Positions 38,977 to 49,725 of a stretch of DNA of 64,000 nt are shown here, one piece after another. The number at the start of each line of letters is the position of its first letter. Position 1 is the stretch's first letter. Location: NCBI GenBank assembly GCA_051251855.1, contig JBPOGI010000002.1, forward strand, positions 160,001 to 224,000. The letters run 5' to 3'. Below the pieces are notes generated by a model, which saw only the letters and a program-made list of their open reading frames with translations, was not told where the DNA came from and searched no databases. This DNA is from Roseibacillus sp. GTDB lineage: Bacteria; Verrucomicrobiota; Verrucomicrobiia; Verrucomicrobiales; Akkermansiaceae. Made by a program: the position numbers and the translations under genes.

Positions 38977-40872
38977 ATGAATCGTTTTTTACTTTCCTCA
39001 GCTCTCGGTAGCCTTCTTCTCTTCTCTGGCCTGGCTCCGGCGGAAGAAAACTCACGACCAGCCAAGCCGAATGTGGTTCTGATCCTCACCGATGACTTGG
39101 GATGGCAAGATGTGGGGTGCTACGATATTGATGAGCCTTCTCCCTACGAGACCCCCCATATCGATGCTTTGGCAAAAAGGGGAGTGATGTTCTGGCAGGC
39201 CTATTCTCCGGCGCCGACTTGCGCTCCGACGCGCTGTGCAATCATGAGTGGAAATCATCCCGCACGAGCTCAAAAGACGCACGTGGTGGGAGGGGCACCT
39301 CCAGCTCCCTACAATCGCACGGCTCATCGCATGATGCCTCCGTGGTATAGTGGGCGCATGCCAGCGGGCGAAATGACTTTGGCTCGTGCTTTGCAAGGAA
39401 ATGGTTATGCAACGGGACACTCTGGAAAATGGCACATGGCGATTAACCACAGTGCGTTCCCGCAACCTGAGGATCAGGGCTTTGACTGGAGTCGGGCCTC
39501 GCTGGGAGTCACTCGCCGCATGGCTCCTCATCGTATGACGGGGTTTGCGACCGCTGAGGAAGGGGATCCGTTTCGTCTCGATGAAGAGGGCTTCGCCTTT
39601 GATCAAACCACCGTTGATGCGATGGAGTTTGTGGGTAAGCACAAGGATGAGCCCTTCTTTCTCTACTTCGCCACTTGGTTGGTGCACACCCCGATTCATA
39701 CCCGCAGCAAAGAACGCCTTGAGAAATATTGCCAGAAACTGGGAGTCGCTTTACCGGAGAATCCCAAAGAGTGGAAAGGGGAGGGGCAGACCAACCCGTT
39801 CTATTGCGCGATGGTAGAGGAGTTGGACCATTATGTGGGGCAGCTTCTTGATTACTTGCAAGAAACGGAGGATCCCCGCTGGCCCGGGCACAAGTTGGTG
39901 GAGAACACTTACGTGATTTTCACCTCGGATAATGGCGGCATGGAGACTCATCCGGGCCAAATTATTACCGATAACTATCCGCTGGATCGAGGAAAGATAT
40001 CTGCGCGCGAAGGAGGGACGCGGGTGCCGCTCATCATTGCGGGACCTGGAATCAAGGAAGGGATACAGTCGGAGGTGATGGTGAATGGACTCGATTTTTA
40101 CCCGACGGTTCTTTCGCTCACAGGGGCGGAAAAGCCGGCAGGCAAGTCCTTCGACGGCTATGATTTGAAGCCACTTCTATTGGGTGATGCTTCTGATGCT
40201 GCTTTGGTAGTGGATGCTGATGGTGAGGTGCGCGATAGTATGATGTGGCACTTTCCACATAGCGTGGCGATGGAGAGCACGATTCGGGTGGGGGGATACA
40301 AGCTGATTCGGAAGTATGAGCGGGTGAAGGCAGGGGATGAACTGAGTGGTCTCGAGCTTTATCAACTCTACGACGCCGAGGACGGTGAAGTGGTTCGGGT
40401 CGATATTGAGGAAGCGAAGAATCTCACGAAGGATTCGCCTGAGAAAGCGAAGGAGATGAATGGTCTCCTCAGTAAGTCTCTGACCGAGATGAAGGCGAGT
40501 TATCCTTACTTTAATCCTCATACCAAACACAAATTGCCTCACAAAGACGAGGTCTGCACGGTCATTAGCCACGAGCAGGACGGGAAGGTAGTTCGTTTTA
40601 CCTATCAAGAGAACGGAGCTAAAGTGGAGCGAGCCAATCTGATATACACTGATAACGGCGGAGAGCGCTATGAAGAGTGGTATCGTCAGCCGGCTGCTTT
40701 GGTGCTAGGGAATCAGGTGCAAGTCCGCTTGCCGAAAGAGACGACACACTATTTCATCAACCTCATCGACGAGAACAAGTTCCTTGTGAGCTATCCAGAG
40801 GTGGTGGACATGCTCACTTTACAGAAGAGTGGGAAGAAATATTCTGAGACTGCTTTGTCTCCAGAAAACTAA
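38977..40872 (+). CDS. Sulfatase (formylglycine-dependent, Cys type)
   Basis: Signal peptide, NVVLILTDDLGW, CAPTR, GKWH, FTSDNGG, EGGTRVPLII. Confidence 0.95.
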   Translation: MNRFLLSSALGSLLLFSGLAPAEENSRPAKPNVVLILTDDLGWQDVGCYDIDEPSPYETPHIDALAKRGVMFWQAYSPAPTCAPTRCAIMSGNHPARAQKTHVVGGAPPAPYNRTAHRMMPPWYSGRMPAGEMTLARALQGNGYATGHSGKWHMAINHSAFPQPEDQGFDWSRASLGVTRRMAPHRMTGFATAEEGDPFRLDEEGFAFDQTTVDAMEFVGKHKDEPFFLYFATWLVHTPIHTRSKERLEKYCQKLGVALPENPKEWKGEGQTNPFYCAMVEELDHYVGQLLDYLQETEDPRWPGHKLVENTYVIFTSDNGGMETHPGQIITDNYPLDRGKISAREGGTRVPLIIAGPGIKEGIQSEVMVNGLDFYPTVLSLTGAEKPAGKSFDGYDLKPLLLGDASDAALVVDADGEVRDSMMWHFPHSVAMESTIRVGGYKLIRKYERVKAGDELSGLELYQLYDAEDGEVVRVDIEEAKNLTKDSPEKAKEMNGLLSKSLTEMKASYPYFNPHTKHKLPHKDEVCTVISHEQDGKVVRFTYQENGAKVERANLIYTDNGGERYEEWYRQPAALVLGNQVQVRLPKETTHYFINLIDENKFLVSYPEVVDMLTLQKSGKKYSETALSPEN

Positions 40873-40876
40873 GATT

Positions 40877-41467
40877 TTGAAGACGAGAAAGAGACGGCCG
40901 GCCTGGGTGAAACTTTTGTTAGTTTATTCGGCCCTCACCTTAGGAGTGACGGTAGAAAATAAAGCAAAAGTCTTCGCCTTGGACGAAACTAAAGATGATC
41001 CGCAGGATTTCCAAATCTCTTTGTGGGTCGACGATGGTGATTGTCGCTTTTTTGTCCCCTTCATTTTTTGGTTAACTTACAACACGGATCCTCATGATTT
41101 GAATTTCTTCTTCAAGACTAGAAACGCCCACGTGAGCGGGGTGAAGCTCAACAAAATACGATTGGTTTCAGAAGATTCCGAGGAAGAGTTTGTTCTTGAT
41201 AAAGAATACTCACTGACAAGTAGTGAGGGTGCCTATTACAGCGTTGAGGAAGGCTATTCCTTTGGCAAACAAGTGGGGGGGAAGATTTCTGGGATGCTCA
41301 AAGAAGGGAAGCACGTTAAGTTTAGCCTCTTCTACACGATATCTTATGATAATCAAAACCCTCAGAGCTTCGAAACCGAGCGAACGCTGATGGCGAGCCG
41401 AAACACTAAGTTTTCGACGGGCTGGATGCTTTTAATTCAAGGGATTGGAGCCTCTGGCGCAGCTTGA
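40877..41467 (+). CDS. Hypothetical protein with N-terminal membrane anchor/signal
   Basis: Open frame filling the gap after the sulfatase; looks more AT-rich than its neighbours; start uncertain. Confidence 0.55.
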   Translation: MKTRKRRPAWVKLLLVYSALTLGVTVENKAKVFALDETKDDPQDFQISLWVDDGDCRFFVPFIFWLTYNTDPHDLNFFFKTRNAHVSGVKLNKIRLVSEDSEEEFVLDKEYSLTSSEGAYYSVEEGYSFGKQVGGKISGMLKEGKHVKFSLFYTISYDNQNPQSFETERTLMASRNTKFSTGWMLLIQGIGASGAA

Positions 41468-41679
41468 AAATTCCTATTTTTAAAAGAGTGTTCGAATGGC
41501 TTGGTAATAATACCAGTCCACTCCCGGTGGTATCTTGACTCTGTGAGAGTATCTGGGTGGGGAGGTCTCAATCCATTTGGAAAAGTGGTTGAGCTTTCAA
41601 TGGATGATTTCGGCGGTTCGGAGCAGAGGCCGCCCTACCGTTCGATGAACCGCTGGAGCCTCGAGTGGAGGCGTCTAGC

Positions 41680-42309
41680 TTAGTCGGTGCCGTAAATACG
41701 GTCGCCGGCATCGCCGAGGCCGGGGAGAATGTAGCCTTTGTCGTTGAGCTCGCGGTCGAGGGCTCCGGTGAAGATGGGGACGTCGGGGTGGGCTGCTTGG
41801 AGAGCGGCGACTCCTTCGGGGGCGGCAAGGAGGCAAAGGAAGACGAGGTCGGTGACGCCTTTTTCGCGTAAGCGGTCGATGGCTGCGACGGTGCTGCCGC
41901 CAGTGGCGAGCATGGGGTCGGCGAGGATGACTTGGCGCTTCTCGATTTGAGTGGGGAGCTTGCAGTAGTATTCCTCGGGCTGAAGGGTGTCGGGATTACG
42001 GACGAGGCCGAGGTGGCCGACGGCAGCTTCGGGCATGATGTCCATGAGTCCGTCGACGAGTCCGTTGCCGGCGCGGAGGATGGAGATGAGGCAGGGCGCG
42101 GGGGTGGGGAGACGATGGGCTGTCATCTCCTCGAGGGGAGTCTCGATGGTGTTCTCTTCCACGGTGAGGTGTTTGGTGGCCTCGTTGGCGAGGAGCCAAG
42201 TGGTCTCGCGGAGAATACGGCGAAAGGTGGGGAAGGGGGTGGTGACGTCGCGCAGGATGGCGAGCTTGTGGTGAACCAGCGGGTGGTCGATAACGGTGAG
42301 TGTGCTCAT
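41680..42309 (-). CDS. upp: Uracil phosphoribosyltransferase
   Basis: HPLVHHKL, ILRAG, DPMLATGGS, GYILPGLGDAGDRIYGT. Confidence 0.97.
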   Translation of the reverse strand: MSTLTVIDHPLVHHKLAILRDVTTPFPTFRRILRETTWLLANEATKHLTVEENTIETPLEEMTAHRLPTPAPCLISILRAGNGLVDGLMDIMPEAAVGHLGLVRNPDTLQPEEYYCKLPTQIEKRQVILADPMLATGGSTVAAIDRLREKGVTDLVFLCLLAAPEGVAALQAAHPDVPIFTGALDRELNDKGYILPGLGDAGDRIYGTD

Positions 42310-42324
42310 CGTGAAAGGATTCTG

Positions 42325-43410
42325 TTAGGTGTTTTCGTTCTCGGCTTCGGCGTCGGCCAGTTTTTCTTCCATCTCGGCCTTTTGGAGGGCGTCGGTGAAT
42401 TCTTGGATTTGTCCCTGCATAATGCCTTCCATGTTGTGGGAGGTGTGGTTGACGCGGTGGTCGGTGACGCGGGACTGAGGAAAATTGTAGGTGCGGATTT
42501 TTTCGGAACGGTCGCCGGAACCAATCTGAGCGCGTCGGGTGGAAGCGTGTTTCTCGGCTTCTTCCTTCACTTTGATTTCGTAAAGTTTGGAGCGCAGAAT
42601 CTCAAGGCCGAGGGCTTTGTTCTGGGTTTGGGAGCGTCCGTCCTGGCACTTCACTTGCAGGCCGGTGGGGAGATAGGTGATCTGAACGGCGGAGTCGGTG
42701 GTATTGACGTGCTGTCCGCCGGAGCCGCCGGAGCGGGTGGCTTGGATATGAAGGTCTTCGGGCTTGAGGACGACATCGACTTCCTGTGCCTCGGGCATTA
42801 CGGCGACGGTGCAGGTGGAGGTGTGAATGCGGCCTTGAGTCTCGGTGGCGGGAACGCGTTGTACGCGGTGGACGCCGGATTCGTATTTGAGGTAGCGAAA
42901 GACTTCTTCGCCAGTGACTTTAATCACGACTTCTTTGAAACCGCCCACGTCGGAAGGGGAGGAGTCGAGGTGCTGGGTCTTCCACCCGCGGCCAGAGGCA
43001 TAGTTTTGGTAAAGGCGGAGAAGTTCGCCTGCAAAGAGGGAGGCTTCGTCGCCACCAGCGCCGGCGCGAATCTCGAGGAGGGCGTTGCGTTCTTCGGAGG
43101 GGTCGCGGGGAAGAAGGGCGTATTGCACTTCGGAGCCGAGGGTCTCGATTTTGGCTTCGAGCTCAGGAATTTCTTCGGCGGCCATCTCGGCGAGTTCGTC
43201 GGTGCCTTTAGCAAGCTCGCGATTATCTTCCAGTTCGGTTTGGAGGCTTTCGAATTCGTCCCACATGCCGAGGACTTTCTTAATCGACTGGTGCTCGCGT
43301 GTGAGGGTGGTAGAGCGCTCTTGGTCGGAGAAAAACTCGGGTTCAGACATTGCGGTTTCGATTTCGTCGAACCGTGCGCGCCGTTTGGCGATGAGAGAGC
43401 CGTAATCCAT
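42325..43410 (-). CDS. prfA: Peptide chain release factor 1
   Basis: LEIRAGAGGDEA, ESGVHRVQRVPATE (PxT = RF1), GGQ, RSEKIRTYNFPQ. Confidence 0.97.
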   Translation of the reverse strand: MDYGSLIAKRRARFDEIETAMSEPEFFSDQERSTTLTREHQSIKKVLGMWDEFESLQTELEDNRELAKGTDELAEMAAEEIPELEAKIETLGSEVQYALLPRDPSEERNALLEIRAGAGGDEASLFAGELLRLYQNYASGRGWKTQHLDSSPSDVGGFKEVVIKVTGEEVFRYLKYESGVHRVQRVPATETQGRIHTSTCTVAVMPEAQEVDVVLKPEDLHIQATRSGGSGGQHVNTTDSAVQITYLPTGLQVKCQDGRSQTQNKALGLEILRSKLYEIKVKEEAEKHASTRRAQIGSGDRSEKIRTYNFPQSRVTDHRVNHTSHNMEGIMQGQIQEFTDALQKAEMEEKLADAEAENENT

Positions 43411-43575
43411 GATTTGGGGGGAGGTTCTGGCGAAGGGGGGCTTTGGTCAAGGATGCGCTTGGGGAATTGACAGAATACTGTCGCGCGGAACTTGCGGATC
43501 AGAGCATTTCGTAGTTGATTCTCTCTGAGGATCGGGTAAATCCCTCGCCCCGCGATGCGAATCGCCCGTTTTAAA

Positions 43576-43649
43576 TAGCCCTATAGTGTAATTGGTAACA
43601 CACCGGATTTTGATTCCGTATTTCCAGGTTCGAGTCCTGGTAGGGCTAC
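43576..43649 (+). tRNA. tRNA-Gln(TTG)
   Basis: TAGCCCTATAGTGTAATTGGTAACACACCGGATTTTGATTCCGTATTTCCAGGTTCGAGTCCTGGTAGGGCTA cloverleaf; CCA not encoded. Confidence 0.95.
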
Positions 43650-43785
43650 TCTCTTTTTTCCTCGTTGTTTTTGAGGAGTGATGACTTCAGTCCTCAAATT
43701 TTGTCTCTAGGCCTTGTGGTGAAAGATTGAAGTCGACCCTTCTTTGTAGAAGATGGCGGATTCTTTGAGGCCCCGATTTTGTCGG

Positions 43786-43854
43786 GGGAAGCCGGTTGAA
43801 AACCGGAGCTCCCAGTGACGGACCGTTATTGAGGGACAGGAATGTCCCTGCTCC
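43786..43854. repeat. Two short intergenic palindromes (REP-like)
   Basis: GGGAAGCCGGTTGAAAACCGGAGCTCCC and AGGGACAGGAATGTCCCTGCTCC, both ending GCTCC. Confidence 0.5.
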
Positions 43855-43862
43855 ATAAAGAA

Positions 43863-44192
43863 TTACTTCTGCACTTTGCCGCCGAGGGAAAGGATGCGTG
43901 CGTTGCCTTTGGCGAATTCGGCTTCGGCGATTTGTTGGTCTTGGACATACATCTGCGAGAGGGCGGTCCAGGCGAGAAGGTCGTTGGGTTGCAGATTGGT
44001 GGCTTGAAGTCCACAACCGATGGCTTCTTTGATGTTTCCCAGCTTCATGAGGGTCATGCCGAGGGCGTGCCAGCCGTCGAAGTAGTCTGGGTCTGCAGCG
44101 ACGGCTTCGCGATACTTGGCCTCAGCTTCTTCGAGTTCACCCACGGCAAGGTGGGCGTTGGCTTGGTCGAAGGCTTCGTCGCGGTCGTTCAT
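43863..44192 (-). CDS. Small TPR protein
   Basis: TPR consensus (GELEEAEAKYREAV..DP.Y..GW.ALG...). Confidence 0.85.
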   Translation of the reverse strand: MNDRDEAFDQANAHLAVGELEEAEAKYREAVAADPDYFDGWHALGMTLMKLGNIKEAIGCGLQATNLQPNDLLAWTALSQMYVQDQQIAEAEFAKGNARILSLGGKVQK

Positions 44193-44194
44193 CG

Positions 44195-45910
44195 TTACTT
44201 GGCTGTAACGAATTCGACCTCTGCTTTGTCGTACTCGGCGGTGAACCAGTGCTGCACAAGGGCGCCGCGGATGGCTTCCTGCTGAGTTGAGACTGCGCGG
44301 GTGAGTCCGGCTTTGTTTTGGTCGCTTTCAACGAACTCGCGTTCCTTGACGAAGACGAAGAGGGCGCGGTTGCGAAGAGGCATGATGACTTCGGCTTTGG
44401 AGAGCTCACCGGTTTTGGTCTGGGTGGCAAGGCGGAAGACGTCTTGAGGATTGGATTCGCCGGGAAGAGTGGATCTGGCGGTCATGCCGAGGTGCTCGGT
44501 GAGCTTGAGCTTCTGTGCTTCTGCTGCTTCGGCGAGGTCGGTGCCATCGGCGATTGCTTTGGCGACTGCTTCGCGGGCAGCCTCGATAGCCTCTGCAAGT
44601 TGCTCTTCAGCGCGTTCTTGGATGAGGTCGGTTTTCGCATCCTCCTGAGCTTCTTCGAAGGTCATCTCGGTAGGGTCGACGGCTTCGTCGACACGGTAGA
44701 GGAGCCAGTTTTCGTCGCCTACGCCAAGGATTTCGCTGAGGGAGTCCATGACGTTGCCACTTGAGACACTCGCTTTTAGAAGAGTTTGTTCGACGGTTTC
44801 CTGAGTGCCACGAACGGTTCCGCGAATGTCAGCTGGCAGTTCGCTGAGAGGGAGGAGTTCGGTGGTTTTGATTTCGTAGCCAAATTCTTTGGCGAGGGGC
44901 TCGAGGTTGGCATTTTCGGCACCATCTTCGATTTTTTGCTGAAGAACGACCCAGATGTTCTCCTCGATAACGAGTCCGAGTTCGTCAGAGACTTTTTTGC
45001 GCTCTTCAGGGGTAAGGACTGCGGTTTCCTCCTTGGCCTTGTCGTCGGCTGCAATCTGCTCGGGAGTCTTTTCGGCATCTGCAGCTTCTTCAGCGGCGGT
45101 TTTTTCTTGGTTGGGAAGTTCTTCCTTTTTCTTGGCCAGAGCGGCGTCGAAGTCTGGAGCTGCTGTGAAGTAGGTGAGGCGGCGCTTGGGCTCGGTGAGG
45201 TAGCGGCCTTGGTTCTCTTCCCAGTAGGTTTTCACTTCCTCGTCGGTGGGGGCAATTTCTTTTTTGAAGGTTTCGAGGTCCAGAGAAAGAGTGGAGAGCG
45301 TGAATTGCTGGCTGCTGGCGACGAAGCTTTCTTCGGCGGCAGTTTGGTTGGCGAGGACACCTGCGCCGAGGACGTTAGTGAATTCCTTGAAAGCAAGGAG
45401 GTCACCCACGAAGTCGTTGAGGTCGTTGATGGTCATGCTGAGACCCTTGAGCCCCTTGTCGGTGAAGGTTTGATAGGCTTCGTCGTTGAAGATGCCATCT
45501 TGGCCGGTAAAGATATTCTCGCGCTGGTAGAGGTCGATTTCGTCTTTGGAGGGAAAGAGGCCGTATTCCTCTTTGGCGCGCTCGAAGTTGGTGCGGTGAA
45601 CGAGGTAGCGCTTGAGGGCGTCGTCACTGTTTCCACCTTCCAAGGTGCTGAGGAAGCGTGAGATGTCGAGATAGGCGTTGAAGGAGCCGCTTTGTGACGA
45701 CTCTTGCATGATACGTTGTCCGAGGCGGATTTGCTGATCGGCTTTCTGGAGATCCTTGTAGGCGTATGTCTTGTCGTTGGTTTTCACCACGGCGGGGCCG
45801 CTTCCTGGGCCGCTGCCTCCGGTATTACTCTGGAGAAAGACGAGGCCAACGAAGATGAGGACCAAGACCACGATGAAGAGGCCTGTGTATTTTCTGATGT
45901 TTTCGAGCAT
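44195..45910 (-). CDS. SurA N-terminal domain / PpiD-like membrane-anchored chaperone
   Basis: MLENIRK+TM start typical of PpiD, PTDEEVK.Y.E.....Y..E.KR, MTFEEA. Confidence 0.78.
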   Translation of the reverse strand: MLENIRKYTGLFIVVLVLIFVGLVFLQSNTGGSGPGSGPAVVKTNDKTYAYKDLQKADQQIRLGQRIMQESSQSGSFNAYLDISRFLSTLEGGNSDDALKRYLVHRTNFERAKEEYGLFPSKDEIDLYQRENIFTGQDGIFNDEAYQTFTDKGLKGLSMTINDLNDFVGDLLAFKEFTNVLGAGVLANQTAAEESFVASSQQFTLSTLSLDLETFKKEIAPTDEEVKTYWEENQGRYLTEPKRRLTYFTAAPDFDAALAKKKEELPNQEKTAAEEAADAEKTPEQIAADDKAKEETAVLTPEERKKVSDELGLVIEENIWVVLQQKIEDGAENANLEPLAKEFGYEIKTTELLPLSELPADIRGTVRGTQETVEQTLLKASVSSGNVMDSLSEILGVGDENWLLYRVDEAVDPTEMTFEEAQEDAKTDLIQERAEEQLAEAIEAAREAVAKAIADGTDLAEAAEAQKLKLTEHLGMTARSTLPGESNPQDVFRLATQTKTGELSKAEVIMPLRNRALFVFVKEREFVESDQNKAGLTRAVSTQQEAIRGALVQHWFTAEYDKAEVEFVTAK

Positions 45911-46189
45911 GTTGCGGCGGAATGCTTAGCGGTGAGAGGCGCGGGGTGCAAGGCTGGAAGCGAAGAGATTGAGGGGGAGGTTCTCTAAAAATTTGTTCAG
46001 CGCAGAGTCGCAAAGGGCGCTGAGTTCAGCAGAGGATGGGGGTGGAGATTTCTTCTTGACGCTGCGGTGTGGGGCACTGCAGGAGAAAAGGAGGAGTAGG
46101 GAGTCGGTTAGGGAGCGCTTTTAGATTTCGTAGGAGCGAGGCGAATTCTTGGATCGGGGAAGCTCAGAATGGCGAAATAAGGTCTCTTT

Positions 46190-46324
46190 TAAATGCGAAT
46201 CGCGGGAGACCGAAGTCCCCCGCGACCGTGAATTCTTCAACTGGCCGCGCGGACTGCTAGTCACGCGGAGCTGAAAAACTACTGTTCACCCTTTGTGAAT
46301 GTCTCGATTAAACGAGCGCATTCA
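46190..46324 (-). ncRNA. Structured intergenic RNA, 6S RNA-like
   Basis: On the minus strand the ends pair (GAAUGCG/CGCAUUU, GAGAC/GUCUC), there is a central bubble with AUUCACAAAG, a long apical stem, and an alternative 3' hairpin with a C(UUCG)G loop. Confidence 0.5.
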
Positions 46325-46374
46325 GAAAAGTAGACCTTTGACTCGGGGCTTTGTTCAACGATGATGGCAAAAAG

Positions 46375-48498
46375 ATGATCTATTTTTGCCGAAATCGGGC
46401 CGTTTTCGCTGTGCTGATGGGCCTTACCGCCATTCTTTCTGCGGAGGAAAAAGGGGTGAGGGAGGAGCCTAATCGATTGGCGGATGAGAAATCGCCCTAT
46501 CTTCTTTTGCATGCTCATAATCCGGTAGACTGGTATCCGTGGGGGGAGGAGGCCTTTGCGAAGGCACGTGCGGAGGAGAAGCCGATTTTGCTGAGTGTGG
46601 GGTATTCGACCTGTCACTGGTGCCACGTGATGGAGCGGGAGTCCTTCAGGGATGAGGCGGTGGCGAAGTTTCTCAATGAGAATTTTGTGAGTATCAAGCT
46701 GGACCGTGAGGAGCGGCCGGATGTGGATGCGGTTTATATGAAGTCGTTTCAGGCGCTCATGGGCGAGGGCGGAGGTTGGCCGCTGAATGTGTTTTTGACG
46801 AATGACTTAAAGCTGTTTTTCGGAGGGACCTATTTTCCGCCGGTTTCGAAGCAGGGAAGGCCTTCTTTTATGAAGGTGATTGAGGGGGTGGAGCGTGCTT
46901 GGCGAGAAGACCAAGAGGGGGTTTTAAGGACGGGGAATGAATTGGCGAAGCAGTTGAGTCTGCATTTGGAGGCGAGTCGCGGGAAAGAGGGGGAGTTGAC
47001 GATGGAGGTGGTAGCGAAGGCTGTTTCGGAAGTGGCGGACAAGGTGGATATGGTGAATGGCGGCTGGGGGCGGGGAGAGAAATTTCCGCAGCCAAGTCAC
47101 TTGATGCTTTTATTGACCAGTGAGAATGAGGAGGCGCGAGAGAAGGCTCTTTTGACCTGCCGCAAGATGGCGGAGGGTGGCATCCATGATTTGATTGGAG
47201 GCGGTTTTCATCGCTATGCGACGGATGCGAAGTGGTTGGTGCCTCACTTCGAGAAAATGCTCTATGACCAAGCGCAGTTGTTAGAAGTCTATTGTGAGGC
47301 GTGGCGTCGTAGTCGGGAGCCGTTGTTCCGGGAGGCTGCGCAGGGAATTGCAGACTATGTTTTGGCTGAGATGAGGCATGAGAGTGGAGCGTTCTATAGT
47401 GCACAGGATGCTCAGAGTGAGGGGAAAGAGGGAAAGTATTGGTGCTGGATGGTGGCTGAGTTGAAAGAGTTGTTAGAGCCTAACGAGTTAAAGGTGGTGA
47501 CGCGGGTTTGTGGTTTGAGTGAGAAGGGGAATTTCTATGATTTTTCGGATCCAGAGGCGTTGAAAAATCAGAATGTGTTGTCGATTGTTGATGCGCCAGG
47601 AGGGGACGCGGAGGTGTTTCGAGGGGCAATGGCGAAAATGGCAGAGGTGCGCGCCAAACGGGTGCCGCCGGCCACGGACGACAAAATTTTAGCGGGGTGG
47701 AATGGCCTGATGATTGCGGCAATGGCTGAGGCGGGGATGGTGCTGGAGGAGAAGCGGTATCTTGAGGCCGCTCGCAAGGCATTTGAGGCAGTGGAGGGCT
47801 TTCTATGGGATGGTAAGCGGTTGGCGAATCGTTGGCGGGAGGGAGATGTCGAGGATAGTCAGCAGGCGATCAATTATCTCGCGATGGCGAAGGCGGGGCG
47901 TCTGTTGTATGAAGCGACTTTGGAGGAGAAATTTTTGGAGAAAGGGTTGCGCTTCTTTGATGGGGGTCGTGCTCGATTTTATGATTCGGAGAAGGGCGGC
48001 TTTTTCGACGGTGAAGAGCGCGATGATTTGGTTCTCAGGCTGAAGGATGATTACGATTCGGCGATGCCGACGGCGAGTTCGTTAGGGACGCAGGAGTTGG
48101 TCTTGTTCGCGGAAATCACGGATCGAGAGGATTTGAAGAAGGAGGCAGAGCAGACCTTGGCCTACTTTGGACAAAGCCTGCGGGAGGAGCCTTTCTCGCT
48201 GCCAGGAATGGCGAGGGCTTTGGTTTGGACTATTGAGAAGCCTTCGCGACTGGTGATTGCGGGCGAGGGGGAGGAGCGAGAGGCCTTTCTGAAGGCGGCT
48301 TGGCAGGCGCCAGGGGGAAGTTTGGTGGTGATGAGCAATGCGGGGCCGGTGAGCGAGTTTACAAAGAGTCTCACTTCCGAGGAAGAGGTGCTCGCTTTCT
48401 TGTGTAAGGGAATGAGTTGTCGCGAGCCGACAAACGATCCGAAGAAGATTTCTGCTTGGCTGAACGAGAAAGAAACGGAAGATGGCGGCGATGAGTGA
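46375..48498 (+). CDS. Thioredoxin-domain YyaL/SPATA20-family protein
   Basis: [64 protein letters not shown]. Confidence 0.93.
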   Translation: MIYFCRNRAVFAVLMGLTAILSAEEKGVREEPNRLADEKSPYLLLHAHNPVDWYPWGEEAFAKARAEEKPILLSVGYSTCHWCHVMERESFRDEAVAKFLNENFVSIKLDREERPDVDAVYMKSFQALMGEGGGWPLNVFLTNDLKLFFGGTYFPPVSKQGRPSFMKVIEGVERAWREDQEGVLRTGNELAKQLSLHLEASRGKEGELTMEVVAKAVSEVADKVDMVNGGWGRGEKFPQPSHLMLLLTSENEEAREKALLTCRKMAEGGIHDLIGGGFHRYATDAKWLVPHFEKMLYDQAQLLEVYCEAWRRSREPLFREAAQGIADYVLAEMRHESGAFYSAQDAQSEGKEGKYWCWMVAELKELLEPNELKVVTRVCGLSEKGNFYDFSDPEALKNQNVLSIVDAPGGDAEVFRGAMAKMAEVRAKRVPPATDDKILAGWNGLMIAAMAEAGMVLEEKRYLEAARKAFEAVEGFLWDGKRLANRWREGDVEDSQQAINYLAMAKAGRLLYEATLEEKFLEKGLRFFDGGRARFYDSEKGGFFDGEERDDLVLRLKDDYDSAMPTASSLGTQELVLFAEITDREDLKKEAEQTLAYFGQSLREEPFSLPGMARALVWTIEKPSRLVIAGEGEEREAFLKAAWQAPGGSLVVMSNAGPVSEFTKSLTSEEEVLAFLCKGMSCREPTNDPKKISAWLNEKETEDGGDE

Positions 48499-48904
48499 CC
48501 GGATTTCGATTGCGCAATACGCGATGGCTTTGGCCGAGGTGGCGAGCCTGCGATCGGAGGATCCCTTCCGTAAGGTAGGGGCGGCGGCGCTTGATTTTGA
48601 TAACCGCGTGATTGCGACGGCCTACAATGGCTTGGCTCCTGGATTCGATGCTCCGGTGGGCTTCTGGGATGATCGTGAGAAGCGACAGAAATTTATGCTC
48701 CACGCTGAGATCAACCTCTGCAGCTTGTTCAAGCGAGGAGAGGCCAAGATTGTGGCGACCTCGACGATGCCTTGCACGGCTTGTATGCAAACGCTGTGCG
48801 CGTATGGGATTCGAGAAGTGTATTATCGCGAAGTGTATAAGGAGTCCTATGCTCCGGAGATTGCTGAAATTTACGGGATTACGCTGCAGCAGGTGGTGGG
48901 GTAG
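48491..48904 (+). CDS. dCMP deaminase-family protein
   Basis: RSEDP..KVGA, YNG, HAE.N, PCTAC. Confidence 0.88.
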   Translation: MSDRISIAQYAMALAEVASLRSEDPFRKVGAAALDFDNRVIATAYNGLAPGFDAPVGFWDDREKRQKFMLHAEINLCSLFKRGEAKIVATSTMPCTACMQTLCAYGIREVYYREVYKESYAPEIAEIYGITLQQVVG

Positions 48905-48947
48905 GGCGGGTCACTCTTTTAGAGTGCGCAGCATCGCACTCCAGATC

Positions 48948-49703
48948 TTACTTTTCGAAGACCATGAGGTGCTGCCAAGGGAGGTGATGGAAGGTTTCAA
49001 TATGCTTCAAATTCGAGGCGGCCATTTCTTTGATGGCCTGGGCTTCGGTCATTTTGTGCAGCGGTTTGATGGGGACTTTGGGGTCTTCGGCGCGATACTC
49101 TAACAGGAAGAGTCTGCCGCCAGGTCGGAGGGCCGAATGAAGAGAGGCCAGCATTTCGACGGGATGGGAAAACTCGTGGTAAACATCGACCAAGATCGCG
49201 GAATCGATGGTCTGGGGAGGCAGTTCGAGAGAGGTGATTTTACTGAGGTGCGGTTGCACGTTCGCGAAGCCTTCGCCACGGGCGCGATGGCTGAGAAAGT
49301 CGATCATCTCGGGTTGGATATCGATGGCGATGACTCGGCCTTCGGGAACAAGGGGAGCGAGGCGAAAGGTGTAGTAGCCTGACCCTGCTCCGATATCGGC
49401 AATGACATCGGTGGGCTTGATTTCCAGCGCAGCGATGGCGGCGGAGGGGGCTTCTTCGGACTCACGATCGTCGCGTTCGAGCCAGTTGATGGCTTGATGT
49501 CCCATTACGTGGGCGATTTCGCGGCCGAGGTAGAACTTTCCGATGCCGTCGCGTGAGGCTTCGCCGAAGGTGTATGCTTCTGCTAGGACGGGCTTTGGCT
49601 CGGGGCTGATGGTCGGCGGGGAGTCCTTATCCGATAGATTGATATACGCTGCCAGCGCGATCCCTAGAAGTGAGATGATTAAGGGGATGAGTGGTCTTTT
49701 CAT
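48948..49703 (-). CDS. Class I SAM-dependent methyltransferase
   Basis: GREIAHVMGH, IADIGAGSGYY, DIQPEM, VDVYHE, LRPGG. Confidence 0.9.
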   Translation of the reverse strand: MKRPLIPLIISLLGIALAAYINLSDKDSPPTISPEPKPVLAEAYTFGEASRDGIGKFYLGREIAHVMGHQAINWLERDDRESEEAPSAAIAALEIKPTDVIADIGAGSGYYTFRLAPLVPEGRVIAIDIQPEMIDFLSHRARGEGFANVQPHLSKITSLELPPQTIDSAILVDVYHEFSHPVEMLASLHSALRPGGRLFLLEYRAEDPKVPIKPLHKMTEAQAIKEMAASNLKHIETFHHLPWQHLMVFEK

Positions 49704-49725
49704 CTTTCTAAGAAGGAGATGAGAC

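Noticed and set aside
41932..43470. 512-aa + strand ORF
   Set aside because: Antisense shadow of prfA and upp with no recognisable motifs. The same applies to 15003-16001, 33226-34143 and 44786-45661.
46190..46324. SRP RNA, tmRNA or RNase P identity for the structured RNA
   Set aside because: Lacks the SRP GGAA loop and CAGG/AGCA motif, the tRNA-like ends of tmRNA, and the length and consensus of RNase P RNA.
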